NCBI RefSeq assembly: GCF_006345805.1
Contig: NC_042997.1
Location: forward strand, 53,878,001-53,942,000
Origin: Octopus sinensis
Taxonomy: Eukaryota
DNA length: 64,000 bases
Direction of reading: 5' to 3'
Both the position numbers and the translations under genes were made by a program. How positions within the stretch are numbered: the stretch's first letter is position 1; the number at the start of each line of letters is the position of its first letter. Below the pieces are notes generated by a model. That model ran no database searches and was not told where the DNA came from. It worked only from the letters and a program-made list of their open reading frames with translations. Of the stretch, positions 11,624-24,515 are shown piece after piece.

Positions 11624-12855
11624 TATATACATACATACATACATACATACATACATACATACATACATACATACATACATACATGAATTTGTGTGTTTGT
11701 GTTAGTCCCCCACCATCGGTTGACAACCGATGTTGGTGTGTTTACGTTTCCCGTAACTTAGCGGTTCGGCAAAAGAGACCGATATAATAAGTACTAGGCT
11801 TACAAAAAATAAGTCCTGGGGTCGATTTGTTTGCCTAAAGACGGTGCTCCAGCAAGACCGCAATCAAATGACTGAAGACGCAAAAAAACCCTCTTCAGTT
11901 GAAGTGCTTACCGTGAGTATCATTTGATTTTATACATGCATTCATACATACATTCATACAAACATACATACATACATACATTCTTACGTACATGCATGCA
12001 TGCATACATGCATACATAAATACATACATATACATACATACATTCATATATATATATATAGTTGAGAATATGTGGAAAACATAAAAACTGGAAGAGAAAT
12101 GCCTTCGTTTCACATAGTTTAATATCTTTTTATAAAGAAATTTTTTTTTTTATATATAGATATTTTATGGATGTAGTAATATCCAACCGTTTTTCGCTCC
12201 CCTTCCTTTCTTTCCCTCTCCATCCGTGTCTCCCCCCCTTCTACGTTTCTCTATCTCTCTCACCTCCAGCCCCCTCTCGTCTGTCTCTTTCTTCTCCTCC
12301 CTCGTCCACCTTCTCTCTCTTTTCATCTGTCCCTTTCTCCTGTCTTTTGTTCTCACGTGACCGCTAGCCACTGTTGAGCGCTCTTTTCGTTCCAGCAGTC
12401 GCCGAAGCAACACGTATTTGTTCGTCTCCCCTGCGGCCATTAGGCACAACTTCATAAGCCAGCCCCAAACTCAACTCGTCCTGTCGAAAGACCCTTGTCC
12501 TACGTCGGTTTTGTTTTGTTGTTTATTTTTTATTTTGACCGTTATTGTTTTTACGTTTTTGTATCTTATTGGTGTCACGTATTCTGTATTTTTTGTTCGT
12601 GTACTTCGTTCGTTTTCCGTCCTCGTGTTGTATACATTCGAAGCTTTCTTCCATGGGATCTAATGCGCTTGGCTTAGATTTCCCATGGCGGGCTGCCCAT
12701 ATCGGAGCAATCTCAGATTATCAGCCGAAATGCTAAGATGATCTGGTTCTTGACTGTGACTGAGGGCTTCGAATGTCCCGTCCTGTGGTTCCTGTGTCGT
12801 CTCTTTGGTGTTTCATGTTCTTGTCCATGTCTGTAATTATTTTTACTGTTTACCT

Positions 12856-12932
<77 letters not shown>

Positions 12933-13043
12933 GGGGGGTGTAAAAGTGAGAAAAGTTGGTGCAAATGTATTATATATAACGTATGTGTGTGTATGTGTGC
13001 GTGTGTGTAAGCCAAAAAACAATAACTGCACAAACAAACGGTC

Positions 13044-13578
13044 ACCAAATCCTCATCAGTTATCAGCCAGTACAAGGGACCATCAGTTATCAGCCAGAAG
13101 GTCAAACGCAAATTTGCGTCTTCAACGATAATATTACTCCCCTCTGGTGGCGCCGACAATAAGGAGCCTCCGGGAAATGGCGAGCCAATGAACAAGGAAC
13201 CAAACGTGACAGAAAGTGAACAAATAAACAAGCAAAAAGACTGAACAAATATGTAATACAGAGAGTGAACATACAATCATGAAATAAATGTGACTCAAGA
13301 CCAGATCGTTAATGGACAGACGAGGGACAAGTACGAAAACAAACAAGACGAAATGTGGGGTCTGACAGGCACATTACTTCATGTTTGTGTTGACTTTCTG
13401 CATTGCATATTTGTTTATTTCTTGTTTGTTCATTTTCTGTCATATTTGGTCCCTTGTTCATTGACTCACCATTTCCCGGAGGCTTCTTGCTGCCGGCGCC
13501 ATCAGAGGGAAGTTATGTTATCGTTGAAGACGCGAAATTGCGTTTGACCCTCTGGTCGATAACTGATGAGGATTTGGT
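13044..13578. repeat. long imperfect inverted repeat (arms about 13044-13293 and 13368-13578)
   Basis: Left ccaaatcctcatcagttatc...gcctccgggaaatgg...gaacaagg is the reverse complement of the right arm, with mostly transition differences. Confidence 0.85.
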
Positions 13579-13636
13579 AATCTTCTGCGCCCGTTTCCTG
13601 TTTGTTTTTGCATAAATATATATATACAAAAACGAA

Positions 13637-13683
<47 letters not shown>

Positions 13684-13923
13684 GTGTGTGTGTGGTGTGT
13701 GTATTATGTATATTATTACTTTTCTGACATCTTTTTTCATCGTTTTATTTTTTTCTGGTAATGGGCTGGCATCCAAAACGTCAAGACTCTTCTAAGCATT
13801 AAACTAATAAAGCATTTGTTCGAACCTTTCCCTCTCTGTGTTGTCTTCATTCTTGCTGAATGTCTAATATATCTCTTTCTATCAGTATCTAGCTATATAT
13901 ATATATATGTGTGTGTGTGTATG

Positions 13924-14024
<101 letters not shown>

Positions 14025-16004
14025 TGTATGTATGTATGCTGCCCTTCTCAGCCGACCCATATCAAACAAATAAAAAGTAATAAGAAGAAAAGTGAATGGG
14101 CGATGAAATCTGCTAATAAAGCATAATGAACTTGAAAATTGATTCACTTATCATATCATCGTAATGAAATTAATGAGTTAAGAGACGTTTTGAATATTGA
14201 ACTAACCCAACTCAGTTATCTGCCAGAGAACAGGAGATATACTGAATTTTTGTAATGTATATGTAAAGAGAACTGAAGTGCTGATAGCACTTAGTAGAGT
14301 TAATAGGTCAATAGAATCACCAAGTTATTTTGTAATTAGAATGGGGTGCTTTTCAGACAGAGTAGACGACGTATTTGGTTGTAAGGTTGAAGCGACACGG
14401 ACGTGAACCAGAAAATAGGTTTTATAAATAAACAGATACCTCGTAAGAGGAAGTTGGTTAGCATCAAGAGTATAGCCGATTGATATTAGTGAATGAGTGA
14501 GAATAGCTGGAAGAAGTTTTGCTTGGTAGGCTGGGGTTAGTGTTTTAAGATAGTTGGGAACTAAAGTACGAGATTCCCTTAGGAACGGAAACAACGAACG
14601 TTTATAAAGCGAAGGAGAATTTATTGGATATCTTCGTGTTTATTTTAATAACAGCTTTCACCATTTAGATTTGTTTTGTTTTACTGTCATTGTTTGGCTT
14701 GAGAGAAAACGGGAGCGTCAGATTTGTTTTGTTACGATTTTATGTTCTGTACATCTATCGAATAAAAGTCTCGTGATCATATTTTATTTTTATTGGGAGA
14801 AAAGGACTTGTAGAGAACAGGAAGGAAAAAAAGATTCAAAATTACGCACTGACTTTTGAGACTGATTCCTAGACCGTTAGGCTTATACTAGTAAATATTA
14901 TCTTTAACTTGTACATAACAATGGAAAGTGTGTTGGTGTCTAGATCGGATAATAAAATATGGATGTGCGACGCTGTTCTCCAATAGTTCAAAACCTACAG
15001 ACATCCTAGAGTCAACACTAAATTGCTGGACAGTGGCTAGAGAATACTTTTGACTACCTTAATGGATTTTTACCCGCCCTGAAGCAGTTACAAGGCAGTA
15101 TGATTGGGCTTGTAACAAAAGAACAACTGTCAAAATATATTTAATAAATGAGTATGTATATGCGTGTAACTGTGCATCTCCGTACGTACGTACGTACGGA
15201 CGGACGGACGGACTTATGGATGGATGGATGGATGGATGGATGGATGGATGGAGGATGTTTGTTTTTTTAATCACAAAAATATACTTTTTTTCTAACAACT
15301 TAGTGAAAGGAGGAAGACAACACCCATCGCCACTTTCAAAGACTCCATGACTGGCGGAGTGAGAAGAAAGAAGTTATCCTCGAATCGGAGACAATATTAA
15401 CCTGAATGCTTGCAACAAAATGGACTTCTCTGAAGACACCCAAGGGGCAAGGAGGCGGATTTGAAGTGGGTGACGGACGTATGTTTATATATCACTAAGT
15501 TGTACTTGATGTTGCAGCTTTATTTTGTTATGATGAGTATACGTCGTAGGTCGTATGTGTATATGTATACAGGTGCGTATTTGTGTATACACGTGCACGT
15601 GTTTCTATATATGTATAATATTAAATAGACATAATACATACAAACATATATAAATAAATACGTTTGTGTGCATATATATATATATCTATATATATATATA
15701 TATACATACATGTATATTTATGTATTCACACACATACATATACACTCACACACACACACAATATGTGTATGTGTGAAAACAAACATCAAAGACGCCTTGC
15801 CAAGTAAAGAGTGCAAGACCTACTTAAAGATGTTACAAGCTCTTTTCCTGGTGGTGACTAAAGCTATTACCCTTTTTGGAACACTTCTGTATTTTCACCA
15901 GCTGCCTCAGTGTCAGAATCGTTTCACCTCTTCTCTTGTATGCTTTGTTTGAGTTGGCAACCAAGACTGAATTAGCTTTCTCTTACAGAAAGGTTTCATC
16001 TGCG

Positions 16005-16670
16005 GTCTCTTGTCAGCCACATCCAGTTAGAAAGGGTCTCAGATGCTATGGCTATCTCCCTAGCGGTTTATTTTTAAGTTGCCTGGGTTCTAAACAATCA
16101 TCTCTAAGAAATAGTGCACTGATCTTGCTAGAAACCTGCGGCAGTTGTCTTCAATGGCGAATAAGTCTTTGACAAAAGCTTTACCAACCACGTCCTGGTG
16201 CTTGAATTCCTTCAGTTGATACTATCTTATTTCTTTATTGCCCACAAGGGGCTAAACATAGAGAGGACAAACAAGGACAGACAAAGGGATTATGTCGATT
16301 ATATCGACCCCAGGGCGTAACTGGTATATATTTAATCGACCCCGAAAGGATGAAAGGCAAAGTCGACCTCGGTGGAATCTGAACTCAGAACGTAGCGGCA
16401 GACGAAATACCTATTTCTTTACTACCCACAAGGGGCTAAACACAGAGGGGACAAACAAGGACAGACAAACGGATTAAGTCGATTACATCAACCCCAGTGC
16501 GTAACTGTACTTAATTTATCCACCCCGGCGGAATTTGAACTCAGAACGTAACGGCAGGCGAAATACGGCTACGCATTTCGCCCGGCGTGCTAACGATTAT
16601 GCCAGCTCGCCGCCTTCGTTGATACCATCTTTGATCTGCTTGTGACAAATTCTGTCTTCCCTGGAATATT
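16005..16670 (-). pseudogene. decayed HERO/NeSL-like non-LTR element C-terminus (restriction-like endonuclease region), interrupted by a SINE B
   Basis: Minus-strand P.EDRI, FAIEDNCRRFLARSVHYFL and EIAIASETLSNWMWLTR resemble the PWE..., P.EVGCRGF and AE..S.W.W..R motifs. Confidence 0.45.
16228..16616 (-). mobile_element. SINE family B multimer; TSD gttgatacYatct
   Basis: Head aaggcggcgagctggca, B box gagttcaaattcc, central gtcgactttgcctttcatcctttcggggtcgat (Meta-domain-like), two Tx1-like tails. Confidence 0.85.
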
Positions 16671-17417
16671 TGTGGTTTTATATTCTTATACTCTAAAAAC
16701 AAAACAAATACTTTCTATGAGATTTTACGTTGACCATGGTGAAATTGGTTGAAACTTTAGCGCACCAGATTAAAACTGTATTATAGCTTCATTGTTATAG
16801 ATTTTGAATTGAAATATCACAAGTTTTGACTTCAGTGTTCATATATCTGAGTTCGATAAAATGTCCCATTGATATATTCAAGTACCTTTTGCTGGGTACG
16901 TTCTTCCAAGACATAAGTGCTTCTTACAAAACTATCTTTTTTGAGGCTTAAGAATAACATAATAGTATTATACATTTTACCCACATACTGATAAGATTGA
17001 ATAGAATATGTGTGACTAAAAGCATGTATCAATGTTTAGCCCACGTCAGTGGCCTTTTCGGAGGAAGAAAATTGTATCCTTTCATCAACAGCGATAAATT
17101 GACTTGGGGAAATATAGGCTATAAAGCTCTTTTCGGAAACTATAAAACAACTGTAGTAGTTTGAACACACTACTAATATAATATATAATATGGCATGTAA
17201 TCACTTGATGCACTTACCATCATTGGTGTGCATTCCAGCACAGTGTTGGATGAGTGGTGGTGGTGTAAGGAGGATATAAGTGTGGCTATTTTTTATGTGT
17301 GCGTTATTTATGTCCGTCTGGGTCATATGGGAGGGTTATGCTGTTGTTGTTCTTTAGTGCCAGGTTAGTATTGATCGAGTACATCAAAGACCTTCCCTGC
17401 ATACATACTACACACAT

Positions 17418-17468
<51 letters not shown>

Positions 17469-17521
17469 GTATGCATGTACATATATGTATATGTAATATA
17501 TATATATATATAATATAAATA

Positions 17522-17561
<40 letters not shown>

Positions 17562-17679
17562 ATATATATGTATATATATAAGACGTATGCATGTATGTAT
17601 ATGTATATATATAAATAATGTATGTATATGTATATATATATGTATCTATGTATGTATGTATGCATATGTATATATATGT

Positions 17680-18562
17680 AATAAATTAATAAATAAATAA
17701 AACATATGCATGTATACATACATATATGTACGTACCTACCTCTACATGTATATATACATGCATATATGGGTACAGGACACCAAAAAAACGTCGAACACAA
17801 TGAGAAACGAAAACATAAACACAAAACCAAGGAAATGGACATTTTTAAAAAAACAACGAAAAAATAGAGTACAGGACATACAAAACAAGGAAAATTCCCC
17901 TTCTTCAGTCGCCTTAATTTCATCTACTCCACGTTTCGAAGGTCAAGGTGATACATGACTTCAATGAAATTTTCCTTCCCGCGAAAATCAAATTAAATAA
18001 AATTTGAGATTTTTTGCGGAGGGGTAAAAATGGTAACAAAAACAGGACAGTAACGACAATACAAAATATAAACAGTAAAAGACAGGACAGAGAATAACAG
18101 TAATACAAACAAGAAGGGCTGTTAAGCCAAACGAGATGAAAAAATTTTACGAACGCTATTGTTTGAGGACGGCAGAGAGAACAGATTACCGTCTCTACTT
18201 GACGGAGTCCAGGAGAAGAAAGACAGAAATAGCCATCTCATCACGTGACCGCGACGGGAAGGAGGAGGAGGAGTAAGAGAAGGGAGAGAAAAAAAGGGGG
18301 AATGGTTGTAGAGAAAAGAATGAAGAATGAGAAAGAGAGGGAGAGACAGTAAGGTAGAAGAAAAGGAAAGCCAAAGAATGAAGGCTGAGAAAGGGAAGGG
18401 AGAGAAAGGTTAAGAGTGCGCGTCATTTTTAATACTAAGAACAATCTTACTTAGAAAGGGATGCGTGCGTTCTGTCATATAATAAATTAATAAATAAATA
18501 AAACATATGCATATATACATACATATATGTACGTACCTACCTCTACATGTATATATACATGC

Positions 18563-18566
<4 letters not shown>
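17680..18566 (-). mobile_element. element bounded by about 86-bp direct repeats (17680-17765 and 18481-18566), pLTR-like
   Basis: Near-identical aataaattaataaataaataaaacatatgca...gtacctacctctacatgtatatatacatgcatat at both ends; lies just downstream of the PLE ORF fragment; embedded in TA/TACA repeats. Confidence 0.55.
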
Positions 18567-18593
<27 letters not shown>

Positions 18594-19073
18594 TGTATGT
18601 ATGTATGTATGTATGTATGTGTATATATATGTATGTATGTATATATAGGGTGAGAGAGTTGGTATGTGAAAGCACGTAGTTAGATGTATAAAAAAACAAA
18701 ATAGAACGAAAACTGCAGAAGATTTGTATTATATGGTGAAAAAATATAATAAAATCATCATATTAGGAAAATTATATGTAAAATTTTGTGTATAGTGACA
18801 TTTGTTTTTGGAGAAATAACCGGTGGTTTCGCATTTTCTTTTCAAATTTCTCAAATTTCTTTACCGATGTTGTGTCATCTATTCGTCATGGTGTTCGGAA
18901 TAGGGGTAGGTAATCAGGGATTTTTTTTCGATATAAGGGAGATAATAAAAAATGTTGGGAATGATTAGGTTTTCTTAATTTAACATGATTTGGTTTTGAT
19001 AGAATAAAATGTTAGAAATGGTTAAACTTTGGTTTATATTTTTCAATGAGGTAAGTTTCCTTATTTAAAAATG

Positions 19074-19632
19074 CTAGAAATGGTTAAGTTTTGGCTTATA
19101 TTTTTCAATGAAATAGGTTTCCTTATTTAATCTAACTTGTGTTGATGTCCTAACAGCACATTGATAAAATGGAAAGATTACAAATTGTGGTAGCAGTTGT
19201 TTTGCGCATCTGTCAAATGTGTTCACTAAAGGGTATCATTCTGTATTCTGGGAATGAAATCTACTGAGCAATAATCCCGTGGACCCTATGTAGTTCTGGT
19301 GGCAGCCCGAACATCTTATAACATAAATCAGGTTTTCCGAGGCACAAGTAAAGCCAGATTTTGAATTTTTGTCCCTCTTTAAAAAGGAATTCTGATCCTT
19401 CTGGAAAAATAGGGCATGTTGCGCAATTTGGTCGGCCACATTTTTTCACTTTTGCGTCCGTTATTTTAGAAAATAATTTTGCCTTTGTGCGGACCTTTTT
19501 TAGTGACTTCGGTTGTTTGTGGCTTTTAATGATCTTATGTGTGTGTAAAATTTCCTTTAATTTGGGGTCCTTATGTAGCATTGGTAGATTTTGGGTAATG
19601 ATGGTGAAGGCTTCTTTGTTTCTGGGGTTGTA
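19074..19632 (-). pseudogene. Penelope-like retroelement ORF 3' fragment (Cys-rich linker plus GIY-YIG endonuclease), frameshifted
   Basis: Overlapping frames give KQPKSLKK...KCGRPNCATC (C-x4-C-x2-C), FTCASENLIYVIRCSGCHQNYIGST (IY...YIG) and C-terminal RLNKETYFIEKYKPKLNHF*. Confidence 0.85.
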
Positions 19633-20356
19633 AGATGCGGCAAAACTTCTCAGGCAAGCCCCAGTAACTTCTGCTGCATCTGAAAAGAATTGTACTGTAT
19701 GGCATTGTCGAGAAGAAAGACAATGCCCATGTGATTAGAGACTGCTAGACACTTCTGGTGTATCGCAACGTTTAATTTGTCCAGCTGGTCTCCAGCTGCA
19801 CATCCGAATTAACAGTCCTGACTGTGGCAAGAAGCTCGTTAAAGACAACACCCTTCCAATCTTCCAAAATTGAAAGCATGACCTTCTTCAGGTAAAATCC
19901 TGCTTTGGAGATTGTATCTGGTGGCTCATCGCGCTTCTCTCATTATCGTTTGCGCTTCACATTGTTATAGACGATCCAATTTTCGTCCTCTGTCACCTTT
20001 CTCTTTAAAAAAAAAAGGATAGTTTTCTGCAACGAATCGCAGATGGAAATCCGTTAGGCAAGGTCCGTCTGGTTTGCCTCATGTGACACTCAAGAATCGA
20101 GCCTGATGACGTAACCAAGTTGATGCAGATGGTTATCAACACCCAATGTTGATATTTGGAGAATATCTGCGATCATTCCGGTCGTATAACGAGGGTTAAT
20201 GTTGCTGTTAATCTTTTTTAGAGTGAAGGACATCTTCAACCGAAAAATTTTTTAATCCACATCTGGCACACACATTTATGCAGGTTTCCACTGCTTTCTA
20301 GCCATATTTTAAAAAAAACGCATGAGGTGTCAATAATGTTCATTTTGGCACTTCAT
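19633..20356 (-). pseudogene. decayed mariner (DD34D-type) transposase
   Basis: Minus-strand pieces NPRYTTGMIADIL..HLHQLG, KRKVTEDENWIVYNNVKRKR (GDEKW motif), KKVMLSI..WKGVVFNELL..TVNS, GIVFLLDNA, QKLL.LA*EVLPH; many stops and frameshifts. Confidence 0.75.
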
Positions 20357-20719
20357 TTTCAGGGTGATCCCAAGCACACAAAATACAACCTGTCTCGTAA
20401 GTTCACGTAGAATTACATTGAACTAAGGGTGGTCATGCGCAAGAGATAGGCTGAACTTGGCTACTTATTAGAGCGCTTGAAGCTTAATGACGAACATATA
20501 CATACATACATATACACACACAAATATATGTATACATATATATATATATATATATACATACATACAAACATATATATTACATATATGTAGATACATACAC
20601 ACTTTTATATATACATATACATATGCATACATACATGCTTACATACATACACACATACATGCATGCATACATACGTACATACATACATACATACATACAT
20701 ACATACATACATACATACA

Positions 20720-20752
<33 letters not shown>

Positions 20753-21012
20753 CATTTACGAATATGACAGAAAACAAGGTGATATAATGACTGCTGGAAT
20801 GCGGGTTAACGATGAAAAGATTCGATCACCCGTTCTGCCAACCTCGTTTCCTAAATGCTAACGCGCATTCATATTTCCGTAAATTTTATATTTTCATCAA
20901 TGCCATTGATAAATAAAATTAATTCACCAACATTCTTACCCACTGGTGCGCTGTATTGTCTCTCTGTTGCACTACAATAATCTTTGCTTTTTGAATTCAA
21001 TAAGGTCAATAC

Positions 21013-21406
21013 CTATTTCTTTACTACCCACAAGGGGCTAAACACAGAGAGGACAAACAAGGACAGACATAGGTATTAAGTCGATTACATCGACCCCAGT
21101 GCGTAACTGGTACTTAATTTATCGAGCCCGAAAGGATGAAAGGTAAAGTCGACCTCGGCGGAATTTGAACGCAGAACGTAACGGCAGACGAAATACGACT
21201 ACGCATTTCGCCCGGCGTGCTAACGTTTCTGCCAGCTCGCCGTCTTAGTAAGGTCAATACCTATTTCTTTACTACCCACAAGGGGCTAAACATAGAGGGG
21301 ACAAACAAGAACAGACAAACGGATTAAGTCGATTATATCGACCCCAGTGCGTAACTGGTACTTAATTTATCAACACCAAAAGGATGAAAGGCAAAGTCGA
21401 CCTCTG
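21013..21406 (-). mobile_element. two SINE B copies (full 21013-21247, 5'-truncated 21261-21406) with a triplicated target site
   Basis: taaggtcaatacc at 21001, 21249 and 21407. Confidence 0.85.
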
Positions 21407-22103
21407 TAAGGTCAATACCACTCTGGCCTAAACCCACTTAATGTACATTTTCTTTTATCCTCTAACCACATCGTTGTCTGTGACAACCACACTATCGAAC
21501 ATTTTTCCACACCTCGTGAACTGCAGTTCTTTTTCATCCTCACCATGTACACATTTTCTCCTATAAAACCTCGACTTACAGAAGTTCAAACTATACGTCA
21601 GTCTACAAGAACTATCGACTCTACTCTCTTCCTTGGACGAGCCAATCACTTTAGCCACAACCCACCCAATCAACCCACGAGAACTAGTAAGATACTACCA
21701 CCCAAATCAAACACTACTGTCTTCAAAAAGAAGAGGCGTAGTCACAGCTGGAATACCTTTCATAGCGGGTCTGCTCGATCAGAAGTTTCACCTGGGATTA
21801 AAATAACAACTCTCTTCCTCTAATTAATAATAAATTATAAGTCCTGTAAGAATGTGATTAACATAATCAAACGAAGTCAGTAAAATCAAACAAATGTATG
21901 AATGGCATTTGTTATGCGTTAGTGGGACCAAGAAAACATTGAAGGTTTCAGGTAGGATTTTTCAGCCCTTCATCGAACACGAATTCACGAACAGACTAAT
22001 ACATTTTCCATAGGAAATAGTTGTGTTTTCCTTAGAAATATCGAAATTGATAGCTTGTCATTCAAAGAACAGATTGACTCAAATCACATGTTCATGCACG
22101 TCC

Positions 22104-22135
<32 letters not shown>

Positions 22136-22218
22136 CGCAACACACTCTCATATACACACAAATACATACCCTTACATACTTATGCGCGCACACACACACA
22201 CACACATACATACATACA

Positions 22219-22250
<32 letters not shown>

Positions 22251-22266
22251 CATACATACACACACA

Positions 22267-22297
<31 letters not shown>

Positions 22298-22344
22298 GCA
22301 TACATACACACACACATACATACATACATACATACATACATACA

Positions 22345-22375
<31 letters not shown>

Positions 22376-22540
22376 GCATACATACACACACACATACATA
22401 CATATGCATACATACACACACATTCATACATACATACATACATACATACATACATACATACATACACACACATACATACATACATACATACATACATACA
22501 TACATACATACATACATACATACATACATACATACATACA
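22104..22540. repeat. (CA)/(TACA)n microsatellite
   Basis: Seen directly. Confidence 0.95.
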
Positions 22541-23312
22541 CGCGCACACTTTCCTTTCTCCTCGCGAAAGTTTAAATTTGAATGATTCTTTAAACGAAAA
22601 CTTATACAATTTTATTTTGTTCTTCTTTCATTGTCTTTCTCCTTCGTTCCTTTTTTTCCGACTGAACTAAATTTCTTTCATTCTCATAACTTTCGCAAAC
22701 TGTTTTTGCTTTTTGTTTTGTTTCTCTTTTTCGTCTTCTCACCACCACCACCACCACCATCACTTCTTACCTTCTCATATTCTTTTTTTCTTTTCGTTTT
22801 TTTTTTTTTTTTTTTTTTTTTTTCCTCCTTCAGCTTGTCTGTTCCCTTTCGTTTCAAGATTGTCAGGGTGTAATAACTATCTCTCTACATTTTCAAAGGG
22901 CTTCCTTAGCATCACCTTTACCATCTGCCGTCTCCGCTGCTACACCATCACCGTTGCTGCCATTGCTGTTCTGCTGCTGTTTCTAAGGGGTGGGAGATAG
23001 AGGGTGAACGATGGTCGGGGTGGGGTGGGGCTAAAAGGCCGGTAAGGGTTCCTCAAACTGCTTCAGGTGGAAGGAAGTAAAGTGGAGACAGAGGATAGAG
23101 AGAAAAGGGGGCAGAGAGGGTAATAATGCAATTGGATGATGCGTTGCATCACATTCTGATGTCGTCACAAAAGTCACACCATTACTAAAAAACACTTCGA
23201 AATACCTTAAAACCTATCTTCCTCTTTCCAGCATCCTTCAGCCTTCATTATTCTTCCCTTTATATTCCCCCACCTCCAATTATCTCACTCTCACTCCCTA
23301 CCTACCTATCTT

Positions 23313-23375
<63 letters not shown>

Positions 23376-23973
23376 ATCTGTCTATCTATCTGTATGTCTA
23401 TCTGTCTATCTATCTAGTCTTCGCTCAGTCTATCGTCCAATCTATCTAAATCTCTTTTTGTCGACTTCATTAACTTCCATCTATTTACCTACATACCTTC
23501 TCTGCATACATATTTAAAGCCATCTCTCACTCTCTCTCTCTCATTCATTCTTTCTTTCCCCCTCCACACATACATGCATGCATACATACATACATACATA
23601 CATACATACATACATACATACATACGTCTGTGTATGTGCACCACACACACACATACCCCTCCATCCAACCAACAAAAACTCATACAAAACAACCAACAAT
23701 CCCACACATACTTCTGATGCCCCCTCCGACACCCTTCCACATCCTTCTTCCCTTCCCATAATTACTTCTATATTTTATTCATTCTCTCTTTCTTTCTTTC
23801 TTTCTTTCTTTCTTTTTTTTCTCACTTTTCTTTTATTCTTCATTTCTTTTCACCACCGTTCCCCTTGTTATGCCGACAAGCTTGTTGTTTTGTGAGACTA
23901 ATCAGTAAGCAGTCAGGTCTCGAACTTCTGCGAACATTATTCTATCTATCATAGAAAAATATACAACATATTT

Positions 23974-24015
<42 letters not shown>

Positions 24016-24452
24016 GTGTTTACATTTCATCATCACCTTTATGCACTCACGCTCGCGCACATATTTGAACTGTTTCATAGTTTGAAATAAGCGAAATCGA
24101 AGGCATATCAAATCACACGTGACACGCAAAAATACCAAAGTTGACCGAAAAGATTTAAAAAAAAAAAAAAAATGACCAAGGGTAAAACGCAGATCGATAA
24201 CCAATTACGCGGCACGGCCCCAAGCACGCAGCAAAAGCTTACAGTAAGTGAACGTTATTATATTAATTTTATACTTGTGCGCGCGCGCGTGAGTGTTTGT
24301 ATGTGTGTGTGTGTTTTTTTTTTTACATATGCATACCTATACATAATGACAAGTACTCTCAGATATAAAGCATTTACTAATGTGCTACAAAAATAATTGC
24401 GCCAGTGCAACATGTCATATACATATACATACACGCATACATCATATAAACA

Positions 24453-24515
<63 letters not shown>

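Larger units (their letters stand above)
9046..11878 (+). mobile_element. single SINE family A copy split by about 2.5 kb of nested insertions (5' half 9046-9210, 3' half 11690-11878)
   Basis: The two halves are colinear, same strand, and break at the internal microsatellite. Confidence 0.7.

Noticed and set aside
13563-13590. CTGATGAG followed by a hairpin, as a hammerhead
   Set aside because: No GAAA after stem II in either arm of the inverted repeat.
14325-14594. Possible LINE C-terminal relics (also about 21440-21610, 25500-25850, 30250-30400, 35320-35550, 37290-37420)
   Set aside because: Only isolated motif-like residues; too decayed to support a call.
17890-17985. Minus-strand gaaacgtg and ctgaagaagggg as a permuted hammerhead
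   Set aside because: No valid cleavage triplet or stem I.
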